64,000 nt of DNA from an uncultured Verrucomicrobiae bacterium (GTDB lineage: Bacteria; Verrucomicrobiota; Verrucomicrobiia; Chthoniobacterales; JAFAMB01): assembly GCA_963813025.1 (NCBI GenBank), contig CAWEXO010000013.1:96001-160000 (forward strand). Reading direction: 5' to 3'. The translations under genes were made by a program, and so were the position numbers. The notes beneath the pieces were generated by a model. It did no database searches. It saw nothing but the letters and a program-made list of their open reading frames with translations, and was not told the DNA's origin. The stretch's first letter is position 1. Every line of letters starts with the position of its first letter. Positions 29,465-39,586 of the stretch are shown here, piece by piece.

Positions 29465-29508
29465 ACAAAATTGGCTCGGCATCCTGCCGGTTGGTGCGCT
29501 ATCAAAGG

Positions 29509-30738
29509 ATGCTCGCCACAGACATGGAATTACAAGTGTCAGAGATCAATGGAGGAATCACCGCGCCGATTGGTTTCCAAGCGGCGGCAACGTCGTGTGG
29601 CATCAAGACCAGCAATTCCGAGCGTGGCGATCTCGGACTGATTGTTTCGGATTTCCCGGCTGTCGGAGCCGGGACCTTCACCACAAACAAAATCAAGGCG
29701 GCGCCTGTCCGGGTCTCTGCGGCCCATCTTCGTTCAAGCGACACGAGGGCGATCCTAGTCAACAGCGGCAACGCCAACGCTTGCACGGGTTCAACTGGCA
29801 TCCTGAATGCGAAACGAAGTGCCGCCCTCGTCGCTCGCGAGCTGAAGGTTCGTGACAAACAGGTGCTGGTTTGTTCGACCGGCCGGATCGGACCGCAATT
29901 GCCAATGGAGAAAATCGAATCGGCGATTCCCGGCCTGGTGGCGAACTTGAGCCGGGATGCAGGCAGGTCCGTAGCGCGGGCGATGATGACCAGCGATACG
30001 TTCGAAAAGGAGATCGCCGTGCAAATCCGACTGGATGAGAAGACGGTTCGGATTGGCGGGATTGCTAAGGGCGCAGGAATGATCAACCCGGAGATGGCGA
30101 CCATGCTCTGCTTCGTCACCACCGATGCGGCAATCGCCAAGAAAGATCTTCAGCGGGTGTTCTTGACGAGCATCGAACAGTCTTTCAATTGCATCACAAT
30201 CGATGGAGACATGAGCACCAATGACACCGCGATCTGCCTGGCCAATGCACAATCCGGCATCGAAACCCTGACGCCTGACGGGGAAGGCTTTGGTCAATTT
30301 TCCGAGGCGCTCAATTTTGTGACGCGCCAGCTCGCCCGAATGATTGTGGAGGATGGTGAAGGAGTGACGAAATTCGTTGAGGTGCATGTGAAAGGTGCAG
30401 CCACTTATCAGGATGCCCGCAAAGCGGCTGAAGCCGTGGCTAATTCCCAGCTCGTCAAATGTGCCTGGTACGGCGAAGATCCGAATTGGGGCCGAATCAT
30501 GGACGCCGTTGGTTACTCGTCCGCTAAGGTTCGCGAGGAAATGACCGATATTTTCTTCAACGGTGTGGTGGCGGCGGAACACGGGATGGCCAGTCCCACC
30601 CCCCCTGACAAGCTCCAGGAAATCCTGCGTAACCAAAAATTTACCGTGACCATTGACCTCCATCTGGGCTCAGCCGAATACAAGGTATTTACGACCGACC
30701 TTACGCCGGAATACGTCAGGTTGAACATGGGTGAATAA
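29509..30738 (+). CDS. argJ: Ornithine acetyltransferase / N-acetylglutamate synthase
   Basis: NSGNANACTG, KGAGMINPEMATML, DGDMSTND and DGEG.TK. Confidence 0.96.
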   Translation: MLATDMELQVSEINGGITAPIGFQAAATSCGIKTSNSERGDLGLIVSDFPAVGAGTFTTNKIKAAPVRVSAAHLRSSDTRAILVNSGNANACTGSTGILNAKRSAALVARELKVRDKQVLVCSTGRIGPQLPMEKIESAIPGLVANLSRDAGRSVARAMMTSDTFEKEIAVQIRLDEKTVRIGGIAKGAGMINPEMATMLCFVTTDAAIAKKDLQRVFLTSIEQSFNCITIDGDMSTNDTAICLANAQSGIETLTPDGEGFGQFSEALNFVTRQLARMIVEDGEGVTKFVEVHVKGAATYQDARKAAEAVANSQLVKCAWYGEDPNWGRIMDAVGYSSAKVREEMTDIFFNGVVAAEHGMASPTPPDKLQEILRNQKFTVTIDLHLGSAEYKVFTTDLTPEYVRLNMGE

Positions 30739-31630
30739 ATGGAATGAGGAGCTGATGCAGAGTCGATCGAGCGCTGAGCGAGCGGAGGCTTTGTTGGAAG
30801 CATTGCCCTTCATCCAGCGATTCCGCGGCGTGATCTTTGTGATCAAGTACGGCGGCAGTGCGATGGAGGACGATCACCTCATCGAGCGTCTGCTGAAAGA
30901 CGTCGTATTTTTGGAGGCGGTCGGCATTAATCCAGTGCTGGTGCACGGCGGCGGGAAAGCGATTTCGCAGCGCATGCGCGAATCCGGCCTGACTCCGCGA
31001 TTTGTCGGTGGACTTCGGGTCACCGATAAGACCTCGATAAAGATCGTGACCGATGTCCTGGACGGCGTCATTCGTCCTCGGATCGTGGCGACCATGGAGG
31101 AGTTTGGAGGCAAAGCGATCGGAATATCGGGCCGCGACGTGTTTGTGGCCGGGAAACTGGGTCCGCAGAGCGATGGCAAAGCGATGGTAGACATCGGCTT
31201 TGTTGGAGAAGTGATTTCCCTTGGACTGGAGAAGGTGGAGGCTGCTCTGCGGGCGGAATGTGTTCCAGTGATCTCGCCAATTGCTCAATCGCGGGATGGG
31301 CTCATTCTGAATGTAAATGCGGACATTGCGGCTGGTGCCATGGCTGGGGCGTTGAAAGCTGTGAAGATGATCTATGTGAGCGATGTGCTCGGAGTAATGC
31401 GGGATGTCAAAGATCCTGAATCATTGATTCCGACAGTCAGCCGTCAGGACGCGACCCACTTGATTGAAAAAGGGATCATCGAGGGCGGTATGATCCCCAA
31501 GGTGCACTCAGCAATCACCGCGTTAAATCACGGGGTTGGCAAGGTACACCTGATCGATGGACGGATTCCTCATGCTCTGCTGCTTGAGGTCTTTACCGCC
31601 GACGGTATCGGCACCGAGATCGTCGCGTGA
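30731..31630 (+). CDS. argB: Acetylglutamate kinase
   Basis: KYGG, VHGGG, GLRVTD, NVNAD and GGMIPK. Confidence 0.96.
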   Translation: MNKWNEELMQSRSSAERAEALLEALPFIQRFRGVIFVIKYGGSAMEDDHLIERLLKDVVFLEAVGINPVLVHGGGKAISQRMRESGLTPRFVGGLRVTDKTSIKIVTDVLDGVIRPRIVATMEEFGGKAIGISGRDVFVAGKLGPQSDGKAMVDIGFVGEVISLGLEKVEAALRAECVPVISPIAQSRDGLILNVNADIAAGAMAGALKAVKMIYVSDVLGVMRDVKDPESLIPTVSRQDATHLIEKGIIEGGMIPKVHSAITALNHGVGKVHLIDGRIPHALLLEVFTADGIGTEIVA

Positions 31631-31814
31631 ATCCCTCAGCACCTCCAGCTCGCGGCGCGGGTATTTTTTTGTGGTGGGCGCCTGGAGGCCGCCTTGGTTG
31701 ATAAGGCGTGAATTTAGAGCCCGTGATCTAATAGATCGAGAGGAGGGAAGCAATACTTAAGTTAATGCTTATTTCAGACCAAGGAGCTCATCCCTACGGC
31801 TCCTCGTCTACGCT

Positions 31815-33140
31815 TTACGAAAACTGCGGCAGCCACGCCTTCTGGGCGGCCAACATTTCGTCCACCATGCTCCGGATCTGGTCGAGGGTACAAATCGCTC
31901 CAGTCAGCGGATCGAGCATGACAGCATGGTAGACGGCTCCCCGGTCCCCGGTCAGAGCAGCTTCAACGACCAATTCCTGAACATTAATGCTTGTGCGATT
32001 CAAAGCGGCCAGCTGAGTCGGCACTGAGCCGATCCTCGTCGGCTGTATCCCGTTGGCATCCACCAAACAGGGAACCTCCACACAGCAACCGGCGGGCAGA
32101 TTATCAATCAGACCGTCATTTGGCACATTACCGTTGATGCGCGTGGGCTTGTTCGTCTCGATCGCTTCCATGATGTATGAGCCGTACTCATGACTGCGGG
32201 CCGTGGCAAGTTCCGCGGAACTGATTGAGGCAAATTCCTGATCGAACCGCTGTTGCCTTTCGTAACAATGCCTCAGGTATCCTCCCGTGCGCCCAAAATC
32301 GAACCATCCGTCCGATCTGTTTTTGAATTTCGGAACCAGATCCTCGGCGATCATCTTCTCCGATTTCCGAAAATACGGTCCGTACTCGCTGGCGTGTCCG
32401 CTGGATTCGGTGACAAAATAGCCGAAGTGTTTCATCAATTCGATCCGAACGGGCTCAGCACCATAAATGTCCGGATTCTCAATAGCCTGCCAGATCTTCG
32501 GATAGAGGTCTTCTTTGCCGCGTCGAAACTCCAGGAAGAAAGACTGATGGTTGATACCGGCGCAAAGGAAAGAAACCTCCTCATAGGGGACTTGTGCCCA
32601 AGAAGCCAGCATCTCGCTCGTGCCTTGCACGCTGTGGCAGAGGCCGACATGCGGTTGCCCGGTTCCGGCGTCGATCGCCCAGCAGTTAGCCGCCATAGGA
32701 TTGACGTAGTTGAGCAGCAACGCTTCCGGAGCCTGTTTGGACAGATCGAGCGCCAGATTGCTAAACACCGGGATGGAGCGGAGGGCTCGGAAAACGCCGC
32801 CTGGGCCGAGGGTGTCGCCGACGCACTGCCCTACGCCATACTTCTGGGGAATCTCGATATCAGTCCTGTAGGCAGCCAAGCCGCCTTGCTGAAAGGTAGT
32901 AATGACGTAATCCGCGCCTTTGACGGCTTCGCGTTGCTCCTGGGTAGCCACTAGCTGAGCCGAAGTGTGCAGTTGATCGATTTGCGATTGAACGATCTGA
33001 CGGGATTGTTCCAATCGCTGGGCGTCCACATCCATCAAGGCAATCGTGCTATCTTGCAGGCTCGACGTCAGCAGGATGTCGTTACATAGCCTTTGGGTAA
33101 ACACGAGACTGCCGGAACCAACAAAAGTAATCTTCGGCAT
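31815..33140 (-). CDS. melA: GH4 NAD+-dependent alpha-galactosidase
   Basis: KITFVGSGS, GDTLGPGG, NYVNPM, GLCHSVQ, AGINH and TESSGH. Confidence 0.9.
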   Translation of the reverse strand: MPKITFVGSGSLVFTQRLCNDILLTSSLQDSTIALMDVDAQRLEQSRQIVQSQIDQLHTSAQLVATQEQREAVKGADYVITTFQQGGLAAYRTDIEIPQKYGVGQCVGDTLGPGGVFRALRSIPVFSNLALDLSKQAPEALLLNYVNPMAANCWAIDAGTGQPHVGLCHSVQGTSEMLASWAQVPYEEVSFLCAGINHQSFFLEFRRGKEDLYPKIWQAIENPDIYGAEPVRIELMKHFGYFVTESSGHASEYGPYFRKSEKMIAEDLVPKFKNRSDGWFDFGRTGGYLRHCYERQQRFDQEFASISSAELATARSHEYGSYIMEAIETNKPTRINGNVPNDGLIDNLPAGCCVEVPCLVDANGIQPTRIGSVPTQLAALNRTSINVQELVVEAALTGDRGAVYHAVMLDPLTGAICTLDQIRSMVDEMLAAQKAWLPQFS

Positions 33141-33266
33141 GGGGTTGGAATTGGATTAATCGCGAATCCCGTTCTGGCCGCAACGGCTTTTTCCGAACTT
33201 TTCTGTTTTTTACTCCACGATCGGTTCTTGTCGCCGGGGAAGGCTCGCATTACGTTCGCGGCTTCC

Positions 33267-34532
33267 ATGAAAGAACTGAGCACGCGCGAGTTGTTCGCAG
33301 AATACGTCGTTCCGAGCTACGGCCGTTACGAAACTGTATTCACACATGGTCAGGGCGCTCGAGTCTGGGACGAGGATGGCAAGGAATACCTCGACTTTGG
33401 CGCCGGCATCGCCGTCTCTATCCTTGGTCACAATCATCCGGCGATCGTGTCGGCGATCGAGCGACAGGCTCGTACCTTGATCCACACCTCAAACCTCTAT
33501 TATACCCGTCCGCAAGGGGAGCTGGCCCAGCGGCTGATCGAACTGGTCGAAGTGCCTGGCAAAATCTTCTTTTCGAATAGTGGCGCGGAGGCCAACGAAG
33601 CGGCGATCAAGCTTGCGCGCAGATTCGGAAGCGTCACGGCAGGAAACAAGTCGGACTCGTCGCGTTACGAGATACTTACCTTTGAAGGGTCTTTCCATGG
33701 CCGGACGATGGCCGGCATTTCGGCTACGGCACAAACCAAGGTCAAAACGGGTTTTGGCCCTCTCCTGACCGGCTTTCGTCATCTGCCTTTTAATGATTTG
33801 GCGGCAGTAGAGCAGGCCATTTCCGCGGAAACCGTCGGCGTCCTTCTGGAAGCAGTTCAGGGAGAAGGCGGCATCCATCCGGCGCGCGCCGAGTTTTTGC
33901 GAGGTCTGCGCCGGCTCTGTGATGAGCGCGGACTCCTGCTGATGTTCGACGAAATTCAATGTGGCATGGGACGGCTGGGAAATTTTTGCGGCTGGAAGAC
34001 GATTGCACCCGACGTGGTTCCCGATTGCGTCAGCTGGGCGAAAGGTATTGGCGGCGGCTTTCCGCTGGGCGCAACCTGGATCAGAAAGACGCCGGTGCGT
34101 TCGAACCCGGAAAATGTTCTCTGCGATCTTCTTGGCCCGGGCTCGCACGGAACAACTTACGGGGGCGCACCGCTGGCGTGTGCGGTATCGTTGGCCGTCC
34201 TCTCAACGATTGAGCGAGAAAAATTGTTGACGCGAGCAAGTGACCTTGGTCGGCGCCTGATACTACAGTTGACTGGTTTGCCTGGCGTACGCGAAGTTCG
34301 TGGATTGGGTTTGATGCTTGGGATCGATTTGGACGGAGCGCCGCCACCGGCGGGGGCTGAGAGCATTGCGCAAACGGTGGTGAAACGCCTGATGAAAGAC
34401 GGTCTGCTGACCGTTCCGGCTGGCTCGGCGGTCATCCGGCTCCTGCCCCCTCTGAATGTCACCGACACGGAGGTCGATCGCGCTCTGGCGATTCTCGCGC
34501 GCACCCTGGGAAACCCTTTGCGGCCTGACTGA
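33267..34532 (+). CDS. argD: Acetylornithine aminotransferase
   Basis: NSGAEANE, FHGRT, DEIQCG, AKGIGGGFP and HGTTYGG. Confidence 0.92.
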   Translation: MKELSTRELFAEYVVPSYGRYETVFTHGQGARVWDEDGKEYLDFGAGIAVSILGHNHPAIVSAIERQARTLIHTSNLYYTRPQGELAQRLIELVEVPGKIFFSNSGAEANEAAIKLARRFGSVTAGNKSDSSRYEILTFEGSFHGRTMAGISATAQTKVKTGFGPLLTGFRHLPFNDLAAVEQAISAETVGVLLEAVQGEGGIHPARAEFLRGLRRLCDERGLLLMFDEIQCGMGRLGNFCGWKTIAPDVVPDCVSWAKGIGGGFPLGATWIRKTPVRSNPENVLCDLLGPGSHGTTYGGAPLACAVSLAVLSTIEREKLLTRASDLGRRLILQLTGLPGVREVRGLGLMLGIDLDGAPPPAGAESIAQTVVKRLMKDGLLTVPAGSAVIRLLPPLNVTDTEVDRALAILARTLGNPLRPD

Positions 34533-34538
34533 CTGAGC

Positions 34539-35438
34539 GTGAAGCATTTTCTTTCGATCGAACAGTTGAGTCGAGAGGAGCTCCTGGCACTCCTCAGTTC
34601 GACCGGCCACTTCAAGGCAAGTCGCGGGAAGAACACTCAGCGCCCACTTGCGGAAACGACGTGGGCGCTTCTTTTCAGCAAGCCATCGACGCGGACCAGG
34701 GTAAGCTTCGAGACGGGGCTCCGCGAGCTTGGCGCCGGCGTGATGTTCCTTTCCCAGAACGACATTCAATTGGGCCGCGGCGAACCAATCATCGACACTG
34801 CGCGTGTTCTGGGCAGGCTGGTGCAAGGCGCGGTGATCCGGACGTTCGATCAGAAAGACCTTGAAATTTTCGCCCGGCATAGCGGCATTCCGACAATCAA
34901 TGCGCTCACCGATGACGAGCATCCCTGTCAGATCGTGGCTGATCTGTTCACCATTCTGGAGAAACGCGGGACCCTGGATGGCTTGAAAGTGTGCTTTGTC
35001 GGAGACGGCGATTGCAACGTAGCGCGTTCTTGGATCTGGGCGGCCGAGCGAATTGGGTTCGAACTGCGGATTGCCGCTCCCCAAGATTACCAGCCGCCGC
35101 GCGCATTTCGGGACCGGCTAACTAGTGCAGCGATCCAGTTCTTCACCGATCCAGCTGCCGCCGCCGAGGGCGCTTCCGTGCTCTACACGGATGTGTGGGT
35201 GAGTATGGGTAAAGAGTTAGAAGGTGCGAAGCGGCTTGCGGATCTCGCCAACTTTCAAATAAACCGCAGTCTGCTCGAGCGCGCCGATCGAGATGTTCTC
35301 GTGCTGCATTGTTTACCGGCTTATCGAGGAAAGGAAATCACCGAAGAAGTTCTGGAAGCGCACGCCCAAACAATCTTTGATCAGGCGGAAAACCGGCTGC
35401 ACGCGCAGAAAGCGATCGTGGTTGCCTGCACTGGGTGA
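34539..35438 (+). CDS. argF: Ornithine carbamoyltransferase
   Basis: STRTR, HPCQ, YTDVWVSMG and HCLP. Confidence 0.96.
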   Translation: MKHFLSIEQLSREELLALLSSTGHFKASRGKNTQRPLAETTWALLFSKPSTRTRVSFETGLRELGAGVMFLSQNDIQLGRGEPIIDTARVLGRLVQGAVIRTFDQKDLEIFARHSGIPTINALTDDEHPCQIVADLFTILEKRGTLDGLKVCFVGDGDCNVARSWIWAAERIGFELRIAAPQDYQPPRAFRDRLTSAAIQFFTDPAAAAEGASVLYTDVWVSMGKELEGAKRLADLANFQINRSLLERADRDVLVLHCLPAYRGKEITEEVLEAHAQTIFDQAENRLHAQKAIVVACTG

Positions 35439-35508
35439 CGGGCGCGCGCAGGCGCTGGGGGTGAAGCGAGAACTTAGAGATTTCTCGGAGTGTCTTTGGC
35501 CCTGTGCT

Positions 35509-35626
35509 GGTAGGGCGAGAACTCGTTTGAGCCTTCGGCGAAGACTTGTTCGAGCCGGACGCAGGAGTTGCCACGTCCAACACCCGGCTCAAACAAGTTC
35601 TCGCTTGGCGCTCGAATGAATTTTCG
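35509..35626. repeat. GGTAGGGC-type compound REP whose last arm is interrupted by IS110 element B (continues at 37311-37318)
   Basis: Arms at 35509-35533 and 35537-35558 are mirrored by 35584-35604 and by 35610-35626 + CCCTACC (37312-37318). The rejoined arm matches 20/24 nt. Confidence 0.78.
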
Positions 35627-35637
35627 TATAGCAAGTC

Positions 35638-35970
35638 CGGAGTTATTCAGCAAGCTGTGGTCGGAGGCCCTACCGGTCGGAGCTCCAGCTTGTGAATAAC
35701 TCCGCCCGGAGAAAAGAAAGCTTTGGAAAAAAGAAAGGGTTTTCTTTGCCAAGGGCAGTCGGGCAAAATCCCCCGCTGCCCACGCGAAGAAGGACGCGCC
35801 GGCTGGCTACGAATAGGATTTTCGGGTCCGCGAGATCTTTAGGGCAGAGTTTCGAGCCAGCCGGTCGCGCTTTGATTCGTCACAACGAATACTCTAGTTG
35901 AGGTCGAGCACTTCACACTTCGACGACTTAACTATACGGATTTCGGACGGCCAAAGCCAAGCGGCTTTTT
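35638..35970 (+). ncRNA. Predicted IS110 bridge-RNA-like noncoding RNA (element B)
   Basis: Has a 5' 67-nt hairpin. The stem 35799-35808/35855-35864 encloses ATTTTCG and TAGGGCAG (target matches). ATACT and CTATACG match the donor. A hairpin plus T-run follows at 35953-35971. Confidence 0.68.
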
Positions 35971-36004
35971 TCGCGCTGGGTAAAACCAGAAAAAAGGAGC
36001 AAGC

Positions 36005-37279
36005 ATGAACCGATCAAATCCGTTTCCGGTCCCAGATCCCCATTATATGGTCAGCGTGGGAATCGATTGGGCTGATAAAGAACACGCTGTCTGTCAACGC
36101 TCTGGTCCGGAGGGAGGATGCCGGACATTCCAGCTGGGCGCCGATCCCGTTTCGGTTCGGACCTGGCTCGAAGAGCTCAAAAGCTTGGCTGGTCCGCAGG
36201 GGCGGGTGGCCATTGGTTTTGAACAAAATCGGGGAGCACTCTTTGAAATGCTTCGCACCCAGGGAGACTGGATCGACCTCTATCCGCTCAATCCTTTGAG
36301 TTTAAGCGAATACCGCAAGGTCTTCTTTACTAGTGGCGCCAAGGATGACCCCCTCGACAGCCAATTGATCGAAGAGCTCGTTGATCACCATCGGGATCGG
36401 CTCCGGCTTTATCAACCCCCGGAGCCGGTAGTGCGGGAACTGGATTTGCTCGGTCAGCACCGACGCAAAGCCGTCGAGGCCTCCGTGGTGTGCGAAAACC
36501 AACTCACCAGCTTACTCAAAGTCTACTATCCGCTGGCCCTGGAGGTCCTCGACGATCTGGACACGACCCTGGCACTACATTTTTTGAAACGCTGGCCGAC
36601 CCTGCAGAGTTTAAAAAAAGCCAAGTCCCAGACCCTGCGCTCCTTTTTCTATCAACACCACAGCCGGAGCCAAAGCTTGATTGAGGAGCGGCTGGAAAAG
36701 ATCGCTCGGGCCCAAACCGTCACCGAGGATCGTTCTCTGCTGGAGCCCTCCGTGCTGAGTTGCAAGTGTTTGGTCAGTCAATTGTTGCCGCTGCGAGATT
36801 CCATCAAGGCTTTTGACAAAGCCATCCACACTCTGTTTGCCAAACATCCCGATCGGCACATTTTTGAAAGTCTGCCCGGAGCCGGCCCGCAATTAGCCCC
36901 GCGCTTGTTGGTGGCTTTTGGCTCCAATCGGCAGGCTTTTGCCCAAGCCCTGGAGGTACAGAAAAAAAGCGGAATCGCTCCGGTCCAAGTGCGCAGCGGC
37001 CAAACCAAAAGCGTCCAGCGGCGGCGCTTTCGCTCCAAATTCCTGTGCCAGAGCTTCCACGAATTCGCGGCTCATTCCATTCCTTATTCCCAATGGGCCA
37101 AGCTCTATTATCAAGAGCAAATGGCCCGCGGTAAGTCCCACCACACTGCCGTGCGCGCCTTGGCCTTTAAATGGATCCGCGTCATCTTCCGGCTCTGGCA
37201 GGACCGCACCCCTTATGACGAAGAGCGCTACCTCCAAGTCCTCAAAAAACGCCACTCACCAATCGGTGAAAAACTTTAA
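36005..37279 (+). CDS. IS110-family transposase/recombinase
   Basis: VGIDWADKEH, GFE, KDDPLDS, SLPGAGPQLAPRLL, SGIAPVQVRSG and VRALAFKW. Confidence 0.94.
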   Translation: MNRSNPFPVPDPHYMVSVGIDWADKEHAVCQRSGPEGGCRTFQLGADPVSVRTWLEELKSLAGPQGRVAIGFEQNRGALFEMLRTQGDWIDLYPLNPLSLSEYRKVFFTSGAKDDPLDSQLIEELVDHHRDRLRLYQPPEPVVRELDLLGQHRRKAVEASVVCENQLTSLLKVYYPLALEVLDDLDTTLALHFLKRWPTLQSLKKAKSQTLRSFFYQHHSRSQSLIEERLEKIARAQTVTEDRSLLEPSVLSCKCLVSQLLPLRDSIKAFDKAIHTLFAKHPDRHIFESLPGAGPQLAPRLLVAFGSNRQAFAQALEVQKKSGIAPVQVRSGQTKSVQRRRFRSKFLCQSFHEFAAHSIPYSQWAKLYYQEQMARGKSHHTAVRALAFKWIRVIFRLWQDRTPYDEERYLQVLKKRHSPIGEKL

Positions 37280-37466
37280 CTTTTTCCCTTGCCAGACCTG
37301 CTCAGATACTGCCCTACCGACCCAAGTCCATAGATTACGTTGCGAGACAGCTTCTGAATTTTCGTCCTCCCAGTCGTGGACCAGCAGACCTTCCATCGGC
37401 CTTTTCTCTTTGGTTGCAAAAGAGCCGGGGGTCCGCCACTAGTTGTACCTTTATTTATCAAAATTT

Positions 37467-39551
37467 ATGATTTTGCCCTCCTTGGCGGTGTCCTTCTTAT
37501 ACAAAACGGGTGTTTGGATAGCCCTTCTTTGTGCGCTCCTCGGGTTAGGCGCCGCTTATGGAGTGATTCGGTTTATCCTGTTCCAATCGCCCGGCAACGA
37601 GCGGATGCGCCAGATCGCCAGTGCGATTGAGGAGGGGGCCAAAGCGTATCTGAACCGCCAGATCCGAACCATCAGCGGTATTGCCGTCGTAATTTTCATC
37701 ATACTGATTTTTGCCAAAGATTGGTTCACCGCTTGCGGCTTTTTGATTGGTGCGGCCTGCTCGATGGCGGCGGGTTACATCGGGATGCGCGTGGCCGTCA
37801 TCACGAATTGCCGAACGGCGCAAGCCGCCAGCCGATCGAAGCAAAGCGCGTTGCGCGTCGCCTTCAATGGTGGCGCAGTAACCGGGTTGCTCGTCGTTGC
37901 TCTGGCGCTTCTTTCCGTCGGATTGTTTTTCCTAGTGGGTCAAGCGGCTTTCGGGAAGGAGCACGCCGTCAATAGCCTCGTCGGACTTGCCCTTGGCGCG
38001 AGTTTGATCAGCGTTTTCGCGCGTCTGGGAGGCGGTATTTACACCAAGGCAGCCGACGTCGGGGCCGACCTTGTCGGCAAGATCGAGTGCAACCTCGAAG
38101 AGGACGATCCGCGAAACCCAGCCACGATTGCGGACAATGTCGGGGACAATGTCGGAGACTGCGCGGGAATGGCCGCCGACGTTTTTGAAACCTACGCTGT
38201 CAGTATAATCGGAGCGATCCTGGTTGGGCTGCTGACGCTGCCGAATACGCCGGAAGCGGTGATTTACCCGTTTCTCTTAGGCGGGATTTCCGTCATTGGG
38301 GCCGTTCTGGGGATTCTCTACGTTAATTTCCGTCAAGCAACTCCGACTCAGGTACTCATTGAGGCGGTTTGTGCCAGCGGGTTGGTTTCGGCAATTCTTT
38401 ACTGGCCGGCGACAATGTGGCTCTTCCCGCACACGCTTCGGGCAGGAGACAAGGTCTACGAGCCCCACGAGCTCTACTTCGCTGCTTTGGTTGGACTGGC
38501 GATGACTGGCATCATCGTCGGCATTACTAACTACTACACTTCCACTTCCTTCAATCCGGTCCGCAAGATTGCCCGAGCCTCCGAGACTGGCCACGCGACC
38601 AACATTATCGCTGGCCTGGCGATCGGCCAGCATGCGACGGCTCTTCCTGTACTCTTCATTGGGTTGGCTATCATGCTGAGTTATTTTCTTGGCGGCCTGT
38701 ATGGTATTGCGGTGGCCGTTATGAGCATGCTCTCGATGGCGGGGATTATCATCTCGCTGGACGCATTTGGACCAATCACCGACAACGCGGGGGGTGTTGC
38801 CGTGATGAGTGATTTACCAAAGGAAACGCGAACCATCACGGACGCCCTGGACGCCGTTGGCAATACGATGAAAGCGGTGACCAAGGGGTACGCCATTGCC
38901 TCGGCGGGGTTGGCGGCGCTAGTCCTGTTTGGTTCCTATGTCGCTGAGTTACGCACTCATTTCGCCGGCACCGGCACCCACCAATTGGCGCCGAATGAAT
39001 TCTCGTTGGAGCGGCCCGAGATCATCATCGGGCTGTTTTTCGGGGGATTGCTGCCCTTTTTGTTCACCGCTTTTAGTATGGATGCGGTGGGGAAGGCGGC
39101 TGGAGCCGTGGTTAAAGAGGTGCGCCGCCAGCTGAAAGTGAAACCTGGTATCCTGAACGGAACAGAGTCACCGGAATACGGTGCCTGCGTTGATATTGTA
39201 ACACGGGCTGCCCTCCACGAAATGATTGTGCCGGCGCTATTGCCGGTCGTCTTCGTGATCGTGGCGAGCTGCTTCGGCCACGTGGTTCTAGGCGGGATGC
39301 TGGTCGGCACGATCGTCACCGGCCTGTTTGTGGCGATCTCCATGACCTCGAGTGGCGGAGCCTGGGACAATGCAAAGAAGTTCATCGAAGAAGGCAACTA
39401 CGGAGGAAAAGGCTCGCCGGCGCATCAGGCCGCGGTGACCGGCGATACGGTCGGCGATCCTTACAAGGATACCGCCGGCCCCGCTATTAACCCGATGATC
39501 AAGGTCGCGAACATTCTGGCAATTCTCATCGTTCCGATTATTTTTCGCTAA
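37467..39551 (+). CDS. hppA: Membrane-integral pyrophosphatase, predicted K+-independent H+-PPase
   Basis: [30 protein letters not shown] and [11 protein letters not shown]. Confidence 0.94.
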   Translation: MILPSLAVSFLYKTGVWIALLCALLGLGAAYGVIRFILFQSPGNERMRQIASAIEEGAKAYLNRQIRTISGIAVVIFIILIFAKDWFTACGFLIGAACSMAAGYIGMRVAVITNCRTAQAASRSKQSALRVAFNGGAVTGLLVVALALLSVGLFFLVGQAAFGKEHAVNSLVGLALGASLISVFARLGGGIYTKAADVGADLVGKIECNLEEDDPRNPATIADNVGDNVGDCAGMAADVFETYAVSIIGAILVGLLTLPNTPEAVIYPFLLGGISVIGAVLGILYVNFRQATPTQVLIEAVCASGLVSAILYWPATMWLFPHTLRAGDKVYEPHELYFAALVGLAMTGIIVGITNYYTSTSFNPVRKIARASETGHATNIIAGLAIGQHATALPVLFIGLAIMLSYFLGGLYGIAVAVMSMLSMAGIIISLDAFGPITDNAGGVAVMSDLPKETRTITDALDAVGNTMKAVTKGYAIASAGLAALVLFGSYVAELRTHFAGTGTHQLAPNEFSLERPEIIIGLFFGGLLPFLFTAFSMDAVGKAAGAVVKEVRRQLKVKPGILNGTESPEYGACVDIVTRAALHEMIVPALLPVVFVIVASCFGHVVLGGMLVGTIVTGLFVAISMTSSGGAWDNAKKFIEEGNYGGKGSPAHQAAVTGDTVGDPYKDTAGPAINPMIKVANILAILIVPIIFR

Positions 39552-39586
39552 CCGCTTGCACGCGAATCCCTTTCTTTAGAGCCGGC

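Larger units (their letters stand above)
35627..37311 (+). mobile_element. IS110-family insertion sequence (element B), apparently intact
   Basis: Intact transposase. Removal restores the REP arm ...ATTTTC-G-CCCTACC. The circle junction gives TTGCCA-N17-TATAGC. Confidence 0.82.

Noticed and set aside
35603..37312. Alternative element B boundaries with a GC core (35603-35604/37311-37312) or a TA core (35627-35628/37307-37308)
   Set aside because: GC restores one REP arm but gives no junction promoter, and its apparent guide GCCAAGC lies in a terminator-like hairpin. TA leaves 4 extra bases in the REP arm and only a 12-bp promoter spacer. The single-G model fits REP, guides and a 17-bp spacer together, though it is not proven.
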